DNA of 64,000 nt, from positions 38,626,001 through 38,690,000 of the forward strand of contig OZ360232.1 of the NCBI GenBank assembly GCA_977017645.1. The letters are read 5' to 3'. This DNA is from Torpedo marmorata. Its lineage: Eukaryota. Positions 1 to 13,800 of this stretch are shown here, piece by piece. Position 1 is the first letter of the stretch. Each line of letters opens with the position of its first letter. Under the pieces are notes generated by a model. That model ran no database searches, was not told the origin of the DNA, and was given only the letters and a program-made list of their open reading frames with translations. The translations under genes and the position numbers were made by a program.

Positions 1-135
1 TTAGCTCAGCCAGATTGATTTGGTCAACTTGAATTTCAAACCCGACGAAAAGGAATTATAGATGCTGTGATAGCAGAACACATTGGAAATACCACAATAT
101 CTGTGGAACAAGAAGCAGGAGTCCACGTTTCACAT

Positions 136-217
136 ACAGACATACAGAACGGTAACAGGCCCTTTCGGCCCACGAGCCCGTGACGCCCAATTACACCCAA
201 TTGACCTACAACCCCGT
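136..217 (-). mobile_element. V-SINE 3' fragment (reverse orientation)
   Basis: Reverse complement matches the 3' half of the SINE copies at 13550 and 60079 (gttgtaggtcaattgggtgtaattgggc...ggccgaaagggcctgttaccgttctgtatgtc). Confidence 0.8.
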
Positions 218-1645
218 TTCGTTTCCTGGACTTGAATCAGAACAAGATGAAAAGTGACAAGGGTGGAAAGTTGGATTTAGTTTACTCTCCATCAGTACCT
301 GCTGACCTGATCCGTTTTGTTTTTATTTCGTGTGGCATTGCAGTATTGGGTTCACAAAAAAGTTGCAGAAAAGCTGACCATTTTATCGATTTAGTACATA
401 AAATTTAATATTTTAATATTTTTCCGCGTCGGCGGGGAATTGAAGTAAGATCGATTATAGCTATTATTTTAGATATTAGTGAATTGATTTCCATCCCTCT
501 GCGCAAAGGCATAGAAGAAAACTCTCCTGGTTTCTAGAGAACATACCATGGAGATGGGCGTCCAATCGACAATATATTGTAACCATGGGTGATTTCATAC
601 TGAAATGTGATGAATCTGAACCGCCTCCTCGGTTCAATGACAAAGGATGGTGAACTATAAATGCTCGCGTTTCTAGTGACTTCCACATCTAGCGAACGGA
701 TGTATTTTAAAAATCTGACCATTACAGTAAAAAGACTAATAGCAAGTTGATCTTTTGGTGTGAACACATTCAAACCCCAATTACAAGACCAGAAGGAACA
801 ATGTTCATGCGCAAACTTCGAACTAATTTCCTGGATTTCCGTTTTAATTTGTGCACTTTGAATGCCTACATAAGCACAGGTGAAGTACTCCATTGCACCA
901 TAACGTTGCAGGTTTGGTTGAATCACCAAACATGGTCACAATGAAAATATCACCATTACCTCTTCATATGTTGGTGGTATCATATCCGTATTAACACGGT
1001 TAGGATGATAATGAGCTATCAAAAAAGTCTATGGACTCAGGCATACAATCCGCCGGAATACTTATAACACGAGGATATTTGCGAATTATTGCAAATGGCT
1101 GATGGCAGTGTTCCCAGATGTAACTAGAATAAAGTGACAGATAACATTAGCTGAAGTTTCGCAGTGAAATTTTGCCAACATTTCACTTGGTGGTGTATAG
1201 TGGTATTTAAGCTTGTCTGATAAACAAGAATAGTCTCTGTGTTGGAAGATACTGGTTGCTGCTATATCTCGAGATTATTGTGGAGGATCCACTGTTGCCT
1301 CTTAGGCAACGATTGAACATGGTTTTATCGTGCTATTAATGTTTTCAATCAATACAACATGTGAAAGATAAGTTGATCGGACCAGAACATGTTCCACTTG
1401 TAATTATGGTCAGTAAAAAAATGTATTGATAAGTGAAAGGTATATCTTAATGTGAATTAATTAACATATACATGACGACATATCGCTGAGGAGTACAAAA
1501 AGGAAGTATCTGTCCGGCATTAGTTAAAAATAGTAAAAACATAAGTCATGGTAATGATTTACAAGCAGAGTGTGAAAGTATGAGGCCAGTATGAAAGGAA
1601 TAATATGGCAAACCGTGAGTGAAGGAGAATCTGTACCTGCTAAGG

Positions 1646-1798
1646 CAGAGGTTCTCAACTTTTTTCCACTCACATACCACCTTAAGTAATCCCTTACTAA
1701 CCACAGAGCACCTCTGGCATAAGATGCCATAGATGCTTTGTGGTTAGTAAGGGATTACTTAAGGTGGTATGTGAGTGGAAAAAAGTTGAGAACCACTG
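1646..1798. mobile_element. hAT-type (Charlie-like) palindromic MITE, single unit
   Basis: TIRs CAGAGGTTCTCAAC...GTTGAGAACCACTG, near-perfect internal palindrome, exact 8-bp TSD TGCTAAGG at 1638-1645 and 1799-1806. Confidence 0.9.
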
Positions 1799-2444
1799 TG
1801 CTAAGGCATGCCAAGTTATGACTAACATCCTAAAGCATCACGTCCATCACCACTGGAAGACCCAATGGTCAGTGCATGCTAGGTATGTGGTATTGAAATA
1901 GTTGGATGTCAGCGTAGATCAAGGCGAGCAAGCATCAAAACATCCTTAATTAAGCAAAGTTATAATTTGAGAAGTTTGTTGCACAGGGAATGGAGTTTAC
2001 CATTAGTTCTTTGTTTGTTTTACATTTAAGTTTATTTGTCACAAACTCCCTAATGTAGTGAGGATCTCTGTGCCTCAGCCTCTTCCCGGCGTTTGTTTAG
2101 TGCCACAATATAACGTTTATTTACACTTTGGAATGGGTGCAATGTAGGAAATGAAATACTTTATTTTTACGGGACTATAATTTATCATACTGAAGACATG
2201 AAGCAGTACTAAATAGATGGGAAGCCATCGGCCAGCGAATTATGATATAACTGGGTCAAGAGTTGGTTTGTAGTAATACATCCAATAAGTCAAGCTAGTT
2301 CACTTCGTTTATAAGTATCATCTGTTTATTTTGAGCAGCTTTCTGTTGACGTCATTTCAAATGTACATTGTGAATCAGTTCAAGATTTTTTTCATAACAG
2401 GCCAAAATGCAGAGAATGCTGAAAGTTTTAATATACATTTAAAC

Positions 2445-2588
2445 TGTGCAACGATAAATACGACAATGCTGTGCTGATTTGGGACAACACGGCTTTAAGA
2501 AATGACGCGCACTGCGATTCGCTGCATATCAACGCTCCAGTGCTGACCAATCAGAAGCTAAGATGTGTTTGGTGATCTGGACTGCCCC
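2445..2588 (+). promoter_or_regulatory. V1 promoter module (conserved across all 7 variable exons)
   Basis: TGTGCAACGATAAAT (2445), GCTTTAAG (2492), degenerate ATTCG (2517), CCAATCAGAAGC (2547), TGGTGATCTGGACTGCCC (2570); CCAAT is 280 bp upstream of the ATG. Confidence 0.75.
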
Positions 2589-2826
2589 GATATTACCCAT
2601 CCACCCTCACGTGAGATCAGACTCTGTGAAGAATTGGATACCCAGCAGCTCGGAGAACGATTGCGAGAATCCACTGGCAACAGAACAAAATCAGAAGATT
2701 AGCTTGAAATGATGTGCGATTTAAGAGACGGCAAAAGTGTGGTTATAATGCTTGAAAAATCCAAATAAAGAGACGATCAATGGTGGCGTCACGCACTGAA
2801 AGGCGTTGGAATGGTTTACGCTGGAA

Positions 2827-5280
2827 ATGAGGTATAAAATATATTGGCTGCTAAAATGTCGATTACTATTCTGCGTGTTCTCTTCGTGGAGTATAGTATC
2901 GGGGACGATTCATTATTCGATTCCTGAAGAACTGCAAGTGGGCGCCTTTGTTGGGAATCTAGCAGACGATTTGGGTTTAGATATACAGCAGCTATCGACA
3001 CGATATTCTCGCATTGTGGCCGGGCCCAAGAAATTGTATATGGATATCAATCGGGACAATGGAATTTTATTTGTGAAGGACAAAATTGACAGAGAGCAAC
3101 TGTGTGAGTTGAGTCTCTTTTGTGTGTTATCCTTAGATGTTTTACTCGAAAATCCCCTAACGTTGTATCAGGTTTCAGTGGAGATTCTCGATGTAAACGA
3201 CAATGCTCCTCGTTTCCCGGAGAGTCAAATCCGCCTTGAAGTCTCAGAGCTGGCTGCACCGGGGATGCGTTTCCTTCTCGAGTCTGCGCATGATGCCGAT
3301 GTTGGAACCAACTCCTTGCAAACGTACACGCTCCAGTCGAACGAATATTTTTTTCTGGATGTGCAGATGCGCAGTGGGGATGAAATGTTACCAGTGTTGG
3401 TATTACAGAGACCCTTGGATAGAGAAAAAGAATCCGTCCACAAATTAGTTTTGGTCGCGGAAGACGGCGGGGTCCCTCTAAGGTCAGGCACTGTCCAGCT
3501 TACAATCGTGGTGAAGGATGCAAACGATAACGTGCCTATTTTCCCTCAGTCAGTTTACAGCGTCAGTCTATTGGAATCTGCACCGAAAGGAACGCTTGTT
3601 ATTAAATTAAACGCCACTGACCTGGACGATGGTCCGAATGGAGAGATAATTTACACTTTCAGCAGCCATAATTCTGCCAGAGTACGTAAACATTTTGATG
3701 TTCATTCCAAAACTGGTGAAATTATATTGAAAGAGAAATTGGATTTTGAAGAACGTAGCACAATTGAAATGAACATACAAGCAATGGATATGGGTTTAAA
3801 CCCAATAGCTGTGTATTGCGATATACTGTTGAACGTTATTGATGTCAATGATAATGCACCTGAGGTGACGCTCACGTCCTCGTCGAGTGAAGTTTTAGAA
3901 GATGCCCCTAACGGGACGGTCGTGGTTCTGTTCAGTGCAGAAGACAAGGATTCGGGACGAAATGGACAAGTACAATGTGAAATTTCAAACAAACTGCCCT
4001 TTAGACTCGATTCACCTTTGAAGAATTATTACGGGCTGTATATTGACCAACCTTTGGATCGCGAAAATACCTCCAGATATGATGTTCCCATCACATGCAG
4101 GGATGCAGGCATCCCTCCGCTCACATCCATGGAAACGGTTCGCGTGGAGATTGCAGATGTAAATGACAACGTGCCACGATTTATGCAGCCCAGGTACACG
4201 GTGAACGTCATGGAAAATAATGTTATTGGAGTTTCTATATTACGTTTGAGTGCCATTGATCCAGATTTGGGGCAGAATGCCCGATTGAAATTTTCTATTG
4301 TAGAGTCTGAACTTCAGGACACACAGACATCGTCCTATGTCTCCATTAACTCAGTGAGTGGCGTCATATTTGCTGACAGATCTTTTGACTACGAACAATT
4401 AAAAAAATTCCACATTCAAGTTCTGGTGCAAGATTCTGGAGTCGTGCCACTCGCCAGTAACGTTTCAGTGGATGTTGTTATCCTGGATCAGAATGACAAC
4501 GCCCCAGTAATCCAGAATCCTTTGCCTGAATATGGGTCCACAGCAGTAGACACAATATCCAGGTTTGCAGATCCAGGATACTTGGTTGTCAAATTATCAG
4601 CCACTGATGCTGACAGTGGTCAAAATGCCCTTCTTTCTTTCCACATTTTTCAGGCTACCCATCACGACCTTTTTACTATTTCACCGGAGAGCGGTGAAAT
4701 TTGGACCATCCGTCGAATTATGAGCAAGGATGCCTCCAATCAAAGGCTAGTGGTTGTGGTAAAAGATAATGGAAATCCGCCACTCTCTGCCTCTGTGACC
4801 ATATTATTGACTGTAGTGGGCAGTGATGCGGAAACATTATCCAGTGTCAACACTTTTCCTCAAAATCTTGGGTTCACTCCGGATCTGAGCATGCCCTTGG
4901 TCATAAGCCTAGGAACAATATCTATCATTTTCTTTGTTATCTTACTTATCCTTGCTGTTAAGATTCACAGAAACAGACAAGGATTGGGAGGCCCGCGCCG
5001 TTCCCTTGGTGTTTGTTGTTGCTTTGGAGCAAGAAATTCTCTGAATGGAATTCAAAAAGCGAGTAGAAGCCTTCAGATACCTCCAAATTACGTCGAGGTA
5101 TTCGGGGGCGATCCACTTTCTCAACGTTTTCGTTACGAATCATGTTTAACTTTGCAGTCAACGAACCCGAAAACTTGTGGGCAATCTGCAAACAATCATT
5201 GTGTCCAGAATGAGTTTTTCAGAAAAGACAAAGCTGAAAAGATGCATTTGGAAAATTTCAGCAGCACTATAAATAATGAG
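2827..5280 (+). CDS. Pcdh: Clustered protocadherin variable exon V1 (SP, EC1-6, TM, variable cytoplasmic domain)
   Basis: ORF 2806-5325 (TTG start in track; first in-frame ATG 2827). YSIPEE, DRE, DxNDNxP and AxDxG cadherin motifs, EC1 C-X5-C, TM helix; phase-0 donor GAG|GTGAGG at 5281. Confidence 0.95.
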
Positions 5281-5822
5281 GTGAGGTCTTTCTTAAAAGC
5301 AATTCGATTTTCTCAGTTAGTTTGATTTAAGTTTGTTTGAGAATGGCTGCAAGGGAGTCATATCGTCATGCTCCCCTTTTTCAAGTTTAATTGCCATTTC
5401 TTCTGAACATCCCTGTTACTTTGCTTTTAAATCATGATTTGGGGCTCACCACATGGATAGAGATAAGGATAATTTCCCCTCTTTTTTTCTTTAAAATGAT
5501 CTTCACTAGATATCTGTAAATGTTGAGTCAATTAGCATACTCAAGACAGGGAAGGACATACTGTACTTTTATGTGTACAGCAGAATAAAAGATTATGGGT
5601 ATGTTAAATTGATGAGATGAGATTTGTTGCGGTCATCATGGATACTGGAGCTTGCTCCAGGGGAGGTATGGTGTACTTTCTCTATTATTTTTGTTTGTGT
5701 TTCTCTCTCTGCTTTTGTTTAAATTTTTTACAAAGACATTGCAAATCTTTTTTTTTAAATGTGTTCCCCGGAGATCCACCTGATTTCAAGGATATTCCTA
5801 AAACTCACCTTATTATATTTAA

Positions 5823-6014
5823 CCCTTTGGACTCCGGCCATTTTTAACTTTTCACAATATATACTCCGGATACATGGGTCCGTGGGTAAACTACAGTATG
5901 GACACCAGTATGAACTATCTGGTGGTTGGGTATAAAACCAGTCCCAGAAAATGGGGACACGGAGTATATGCATTTGTTGGTGGACCCTGAAAACCAGACA
6001 CGGGGTCCAAAGGG
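5823..6014. mobile_element. piggyBac-type MITE
   Basis: TIRs CCCTTTGGACTCCG / CGGGGTCCAAAGGG (1 mismatch) flanked on both sides by TTAA (5819-5822, 6015-6018). Confidence 0.8.
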
Positions 6015-6669
6015 TTAAGTGTCTGAATGTTGAAATTGTCCCACACTTATTTATTTTTGACTCTGTGGGGAAAATCTGTCCGCTTATATCTTAGCTGACA
6101 TACGCAGAACAATTTCCTTGTGAGTAATATCGTATTTCCATTCAGGACTTGCAAGACGGTTGCATAACAACTGAAGATAATGCAGATCCAATGTCTGGAG
6201 TTATTTCTAGTTTCCGACAAGTTGCCTTTCCCCATCGTTATTCTTCAAACAAGTCAAATGATGATACTGTTCGTTATAGATTCTGTTCGGAAAATACGTT
6301 ATATTTTTACCCACATCATATCCGCCACTGTATCGTAAATCAAGGTTATGCAGTACCTCGAGTGATGTTTAGAAAGTTTGACGCGTTGAGTTGAAATATC
6401 AAATGCTTTCCTCAGTAAATGGTTCATTGTTCTTTTGCTCCAGGTATGAACTCGAATGGCATTACAGTTACACAATATGTTTACAAGTAATGCAGAGAAT
6501 GTTTTACATGCCACACAAGGCCCATTCTGGTTTTAGTCAGTCAGAAGTATCATAATTCCAAGCGTTTTATGTTCTCAAGTAATTCCGTAATATCGCAGTT
6601 AGGTAATAAAATATTCCATTAATGCATCCATTACTGACCATGCAATAACGATTATGTTGCCATTTAGAA

Positions 6670-7040
6670 CAATGGTTTTCAAACATTTTTCTTTCCACGC
6701 ATATATCACCTTAAGTAATCCCTATGCCATAGGTGCTCTGTAATTAGTAAGGGATTACTTAAGGTGGTATGTGAGTGGGGAAAAAAGTTTCAAAACCACT
6801 GTTTTAATCGTACCTAATTGACTCGTTATGTGCATGATTTCATAACTAAGGAAATAGCCCAATGACAATATTATCAAGCAAAATATTTCAGTAACAATTG
6901 GGTCTAGAGTAGTGGTTCTCAACCTTTTTTCCCCACTCACATACCACCTTAAGCAACCCCTTACTAATCACAGAGCACCTAAGGCATAGGGATTACTTAA
7001 AGTGGTATGTGAGTGGAAAGAAAAAGTTTGGAAACCACTG
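6670..7040. mobile_element. hAT-type composite MITE (two TIR-bounded units plus spacer)
   Basis: Termini CAATGGTTTTCAAAC...GTTTGGAAACCACTG, exact 8-bp TSD ATTTAGAA (6662-6669, 7041-7048); same family as 1646. Confidence 0.9.
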
Positions 7041-7401
7041 ATTTAGAACATAGAGATCTACAGCACAGTACAGGCCCTTCGGCCCACCGTGTTGTTCCGA
7101 CCTAACAACCTATTCTATCAACTGGCTAGAATTTCCCTATTGCATAATCCTGCATTGGTTATTAAATGTAATAAAATATGTTCAGAGGTGAAAAACGAGG
7201 AAAAGAAAGGATTCGCATGAGCAATCTAAACACATGTAAATTGTCCAAGAAGAAACTGTTATCAAATATATTCGCTGTCAAACATTCCCCCAGGAAAAAT
7301 CCCAAAATAAAATTGCAATTATAAAAGGAAACGATGATCTGAATTTTAACTGCGTAGTTGCAAATGTTCGTTTTAACTAAATGATTTGATAAGACATTGC
7401 A

Positions 7402-7495
7402 GCTTTAAGAAATGTTCAGCGCCGAGATTGGTTGAACGCGAGGGCCTCCGTTGTCCAATCAGAAGCTGCGATGTGACTGGAGATCTTGACTGCCC
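7402..7495 (+). promoter_or_regulatory. V2 promoter module
   Basis: GCTTTAAG (7402), ATTGG (7427), CCAATCAGAAGC (7455), TGGAGATCTTGACTGCCC (7478). Confidence 0.8.
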
Positions 7496-7751
7496 CCTTC
7501 CATCCCCATCCACCATCACAGACGCTCAGATTCAGTTCAAATCTGAATGGCGGACAGCGAAATGTTCGCTTGGTTTATCCGACTATTGAGGATTTTGAGA
7601 GAAATAAGGTTTCTCCGACCGGCCAATCCCATTTTTCGCGTGCCGTGCAGTGCTTCTTCACCGAGAAAATGATATATCAAGAACTTAATTTTATGGACTG
7701 GACCAACGGCGCCGTATAGCGCGGAAGCAACTGGAATGCTTTGTGCTGGCG

Positions 7752-10220
7752 ATGGGATATTTTCAAATATTTTGGAAGTTATACTGGCAACTGGTGTATT
7801 GTGTTTGTTTCGACTGGGCTGTGGCTTCTGGACCTATTCGTTACTCGATTCCCGAAGAGGGGCAACTCGGTGCCTTTGTTGGAAATATCGCAATCGATCT
7901 GGGACTAAGTGTAAAGGAGCTCTCAGCTCGCAATTTTCAGATCGTGCCTCGCTCCCGGAAACAATATTTTGAGGTAAATTCAGACAATGGAATTGTGTTT
8001 GTTAAAGATAAAATCGACAGGGAGCAGTTGTGTGGAACGAGCGCCTTGTGCACGTTGTCTTTGGAGGCTTTGATTCAAAATCCCTTAACTGTGTATCACA
8101 TTGAAGTGGAGATACTTGATGTAAACGACAATGCTCCCAGCTTCCCGAATCGCCAGTTTCGTCTTAAAATCTCAGAGCTTGCTGCACCGGGGGCGCGCTT
8201 CGCCTTGGAGTGCGCCCACGATCCGGACGTTGGAACCAATTCATTGCAAAGCTACCAGCTGTCTCCTAATGAATACTTCGGATTAAATATTGACTCGCGT
8301 GGTGGGGATGGTAAATTGCCGGTATTGGTGTTGGAACGACAGTTGGACAGAGAGAAGCAAGCGACACACAAGTTGGAACTGCACGCCCAAGACGGGGGGC
8401 TTCCTGCTCAGACTGGTACTGCTGAAATAATAATTGTAGTGCAGGACGAAAACGACCACGCACCCGTCTTCCCAAACTCCGTTTACAGAATTAGTCTCGT
8501 AGAAAACGTGCCGAAAGGAACACTGGTCATCAAATTAAGCGCCACTGATTTAGATGATGGTCCTAATGGAGACATTTTATACTCTTTCAGCAGTCATGCG
8601 TCTGTTAGAGTCCGTGGTTTGTTTTCTGTGGATTCCAAAACAGGGGAAATCAGAGTAAAAGGAAATCTGGACTATGAGGAAGACAGTATATTTGAGATTA
8701 ACATACAGGCCTTGGATCAGGGCACTAATCCAAGTCCCGGATACTGCCACGTTCTGGTTAATATTATCGATGTCAATGATAATGCCCCAGAGCTGAAGGT
8801 AACGTCTTTATTCAGCCCTGTCCGTGAGGATTGTCCGTCCGGGACGGTGGTCGCTCTGATCGGTGTATCGGACAATGACTCTGGGGCAAATGGACAGGTT
8901 GAGTGTGAAATCGCACCCGGATTGCCTTTCAGACTGGATTCATCGTTGAGGAATTACTTCAGATTACTAACTCAGCAGTTGCTGGACAGAGAAAATACCT
9001 CACGCTATGACATTCCTGTTACGTGCCGTGATTTAGGATCTCCTCCTCTGGCGTCCAAGAAAATCATCACCGTGGAAATTTCGGATATAAACGATAATGC
9101 GCCGCACTTTACGCAGCCTTCCTATACGGCTTACGTGATGGAGAACAACATTATTGGGGCGTCAATCGTCACCGTGACCGCTCTTGATCTAGATATGAGC
9201 CAGAATTCTCAATTATTTTACTCAATTCTGGACACCCATGCACTGAGCGAACCTGTGTCCACTTACATCAGGGTCAATTCCAAAGACGGCGTCATATTGG
9301 CTCAGAGAAGCTTCGATTACGAGCAACTCAAAAATTTTCAGATCCAAGTCCGGGCCAGCGACTCTGGAGACCCGCCGAAAATTGGCACCACGTCGGTGGA
9401 TGTAATTATCCTTGACCAAAATGACAACGCCCCCGTGATTGTGTACCCTGCCACAGAGTATGGTTCAACGGCATTGGAAACAATAGCACGGTTCGCAGAG
9501 CCAGGCTATCTGGTCACCAAGCTAACCGCCAATGATGCTGACTCGGGCCAGAACGCACGGCTCTCTTACCAGATCTTCCAGTCGACTGACCCCGGACTTT
9601 TCACCATCTCACCTGATACGGGAGAAATTTGGACGGTCCGCAGCTTCACAACGAAAGATGCGAACAAGCAAAGGCTGATAGTTGTGGTAAATGATAATGG
9701 GACGCCGACACTTTCTGCCACAATGACCCTCATCCTATCGGTGGCAGAAGATGACACAGAAATTCTTTCTCGTGTGAACAATTTATCTGAAGATGCTGGA
9801 TTAACATATGATGTCAGTTTTTACTTAGTTTTATCTTTGGGGATAATCTCATCCACTCTTTTTGTGATTTTAATTGGCCTTGCCGTCACTGTGCACAAAA
9901 ACAGAAACGGTTTTGGCGGGTGTATTTGTTCCCTCGATACATGCTGTTGCTTTCCAGCAAGATCTTCGCTGAACGGTTTCCAAAAGAACAAAAGAAATAT
10001 CCAGATACCTCCGAATTATGTGGAAGTATTTGGGGGCGATCCTCTTTCTCAAAGGTTCCGCTACGGGACCTGCTCCACTTACAGTTCGAGCAAGGAAGAG
10101 TTCCTGTACTCCAAACGGTGCAGATCATCAACAGGCAGGAATGGTGCTGGGGGCGAAATTGCGTGCAATAATGAACAATCACAGTCATCACTTTATAACA
10201 ATTGTAACAACATTAGTCAG
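7752..10220 (+). CDS. Pcdh: Clustered protocadherin variable exon V2
   Basis: ORF 7743-10268, first in-frame ATG 7752; six cadherin repeats, TM, QIPPNYVEVFGGDPLSQ motif; phase-0 donor CAG|GTGAGA at 10221. Confidence 0.95.
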
Positions 10221-11169
10221 GTGAGAGTGTTGCAGTGTAACTTCAGTGGTGTGCAAGTAACATTGTAAGCGATACAGTCGCCTCGAATTGTTACAGATAA
10301 ACCTGTGACTTAAATTTCACTTTGCGCCTTTTCTAATCGCCCTGCGGAGAGCAAATATGTACCATGTGTGATGTCCTTCAGGTTCATTCAGCATTAACAA
10401 TTTGTGAAATAATTGTGGTTCTTTTTGCAGTTTTTATCATGTTTGCCATTAATTGGTCATATAATTGTGTGTTGTAGGTGACGTCAATCCGTTTCAAGTG
10501 TAAGATAAAACCATTGCAATCAGATAGAGAGTAGATATTCAACAATCGGTCAGAGGTGAGCGTGATGTCAGGTACATTGTTCATCTGGATTGTGTTTAAA
10601 AATTATAAACAACACTTGATATGATTTGATATATCAAAAATGCTGTTTAGCTTTGATTAGTTTTTATTCCCTTTGGTGACGATGTGAAGTCATTAAAGCA
10701 AGAGAGCAGGTACATAGCAATGTGCGGTATATAACTTTTACGCCCACGTGAACAAAAAAGAAGAGGTTGAAGTAAGGAAAAAAATGTAGTCTGTCGCGGT
10801 CGTCGGGATAAGACTGAGAGTGTCAGGATCACCCGTGTGGCAGTGAACCAATGAGAAGGTCAGAGGGGTTTAGCTGGGTGGTGTTTGGGGAGTTGAAGAA
10901 TGCAATGTTGTGTCCAGTGAATAATAAAAAAGAAAGTCGACTTCATGGTGTGCTGAAAGAAACGAGTGAGTGTATTCTTTATTTGTTGGTAAGCTGTGGT
11001 AAATCAGTGCCGTTACAAGTCGTATTTAAAGACTAAAGATTGGAATGTGGAATGCATCTCGGTATAGAGTGGAACAATTAATGGTGCGAAATGCATGGAT
11101 TGGATTGGAGCAGACAAGATCGGACGTATGGCATTCATATTGAACATAAACACGGAGTGATAGAGTTTT

Positions 11170-11510
11170 ACAACATGGACACATGGAGAGTTTATTGAGA
11201 CTTATCAAATCACGAGCGGTATAGATAATGCAAATAGTCATGGGTTTTTTTTCGAGGTAGTGGAGTCTAAAATTAAAGGGCAGAGGTTTATCGTGACAGG
11301 GAACAGATTTAAAAGGGACCAGTGGGGTACGTTTTCTACACAGATAAGTATATGGAAAGAACTACCAGTGAAAGTGGTAGAAGCGGCTACAATTACAACG
11401 TTAAAAAAAGATTTAGACTTAGTTTGGACAGGAAAGATCAGAGGGATGAAGCCCAAACTTAGATAAATAGGATTATCTCAATTAGATAATTTGGTTGTCA
11501 TGAACATGTA
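11170..11510 (+). mobile_element. Old CR1 LINE 3' fragment
   Basis: ORF 11260-11466 resembles the CR1 RT C-terminus (IWKELPVKVVEA...LKKDLD); boundaries approximate. Confidence 0.6.
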
Positions 11511-11559
11511 ATGTTGATTTTATATTTCTCAATAAACTCTCCTGCACTTCATGGAAAAA

Positions 11560-13300
11560 AAACCAACCTATTGTGCCTCTGCTTACAATTTAAGTCATTT
11601 AGTACCGATAACTTCCTTGTGAACCTTTCTGCACCATCTCTCGCTTCATGGCATTTTGTACGGTTGTAACGTGACGGCCTATCTTCTATACTCAGCTCTG
11701 ACACATGCAGGAAAGCATTCCAAATGCCTTCATCCCGACCCTGTGTCGCCACTTGCAATGAACCATGCACGTGTTTTCATCTGAATCTCTGTTCTACAAC
11801 TCATTCAGAACCATCCCATTTGCTGTGCATGTCTTGTGTCCTGGTTTAGCTTCCCAAAAGTATAACACTTTGGACTTGACTGAGTTAAAGTCTATCTTCT
11901 ATTTCTTGACCCACTGTTTCTGTTGATCTAGATCCTGTTGTAATATCACACAACCGTCTTCACTATACCATTCAAGTCGCCAATACACATGGCCATAGAA
12001 CCATAGAACATTACAGCACAGAAAACAGGCCCTTCTAGTCTGTGCCGAACTATTATTCTGCCTAGCCCCACTGACCTGCACCCAGTCCATAGCCCTCCAT
12101 ACCCCCCTATCCATGTACCTGTCCAAATTTATCTTAAATATGAAAATTGAGCCTGCATCACCACTTCAGCTGTCAGCTCTTTCCACACTCCCACTACTCT
12201 CTGTGTGAAGAAGTTCCCCCCTAATGTTCCCCCTAAACCTTTCCCCTTTCACCCTTAACCCATGCTCTCTGGTGTACATCTCACCCAACCTCAGTGCAAA
12301 ACGCCTTCTTGCACTTACTCTATCAAATCACCCATCCATGTACCTACAAACAACAATAGACCCGGTACCACTTCCTGCAGCACATTAGTGCTCATAGGCC
12401 TCCAATAAACTAACCCTCCACTACCAGCAAGCCATTTCAATCTATTTGGCATCTCACCCTGGATCCCATGTGATCCAGCCGTTCAGACTATTATATCATG
12501 CCGATCTTGTCAAAGGTCTTGCTGGTGTCCATGTAAATGACGTCTACCATTCTGCACCTATTTCGCCTCTGTGCCACCTCTTCAAAGACTCAATAATATT
12601 TGTGAAAACGATTTCCCCTGCATAAAGCCATGCAAACGAACTCAAATCAGACTTTGCCTTTCCAAAAGTTGATAGGTCCTGGCCTTCAGAATCTCTTCCA
12701 GTAACTTCCCCACCACTGACATTCGGCTCCCTGGCTTAAATCCGCTCTTCTTAAATAAATGCATAACATTAGTAAACCTCCCGATACCTTACACATGGAT
12801 AAAGATGATTCATATATGTCGCTGGTACACCTGTAATTGCTTTCCCAGCCTCTCAAGGAAACACTTCAGAAGGCCCCGGGAACTTGTCTTCATTTATGTG
12901 CTTTAAATCACCAGTTAATCCTCTTTAGTAACAGGGGGATGTTGCAAAACATCGTTATTCATTCACCTCTTTACTTTCTTTGACCATCTCCATGGTAAAT
13001 ATAAATGCGAAATATACATTGAAAACCACTTTGTGGCTTTACACATTGATCCTTATATACCCTATTCTCCCACTAATTACCCCTATTCTCCAGTTATACT
13101 TGCAGAATATCTTAAGATTCCCCTTTTCCTTACCTGCCAAAGCAATCTCATGACCTCGCTTGTCATCGTGATTTTCTTTTTAAGTGAACTCTTCAATGGA
13201 TTCGCTTGATCCCATCTTCCAATATCTGGCCTGTGCCAAACCAAAGTTTCAACATTCGTGTCCAGTCAGGGTTTCCTAATCCAACCAATCTTGCCTTTCA
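11560..13300 (-). mobile_element. Degenerate CR1 LINE with a younger CR1 3' end inserted at ~11993-12325
   Basis: Minus-strand RT-like remnants (ERFTRKL, LQQDLDQ...W); young tail (ccatagaa)n-cattacagcacag matches the copies at 21131 and 39791. Boundaries approximate. Confidence 0.65.
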
Positions 13301-13549
13301 CTCCAGCGGCCACATCTATAATTATATGGATGTTAGCACAAAGACACAAGAACACGCAAATTAATAACAGGAGAAGGCCATTCAGTTGCTCGTGCCTGCT
13401 CCATCATCCAACACGGGAATAGCTAATTGTTCGTCTCAGCGCCTCTTATGCGCACCAGAATAATCTCCCTTGATCTCATTCATACATGTGAAAGAAAGTA
13501 AACTGGACATTATCATGAAAGATATATGGACATTATAATGAATGATAGT

Positions 13550-13800
13550 GGGCGGCACGGTTGGCGTAGCGGTTATCGCGACGCCTATACAGCGCCAGCG
13601 ATCGGGACGGGGGTTCGAATCCCGCGCTGTCTGTAAGGAGTTTGTACGTTCTCCCCGTGTCTGCGTGGGTTTTCCCCGGGGGCTCCGGTTTCCTCCCACC
13701 GTTCGAAACGTACCGGGGGTTGTAGGTTAATTGGGTGTAAATTGGGCGGCACGGACTCGTGGCCGAAATTGCCTGTTACCGTGTTCTATGTCTAAATTTA
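13550..13800 (+). mobile_element. tRNA-derived V-SINE, full length
   Basis: A box TGGCGTAGCGG, B box GGTTCGAATCC, V-domain GGAGTTTGTACGTTCTCCCCGTGTCTGCGTGGG...CCGGTTTCCTCCCAC, LINE-like tail followed by an AT-rich repeat. Confidence 0.9.

Noticed and set aside
13550-13630. tRNA gene
   Set aside because: A and B boxes are present but continue into a V-domain and LINE-like tail, with several dispersed copies; it is a SINE head.
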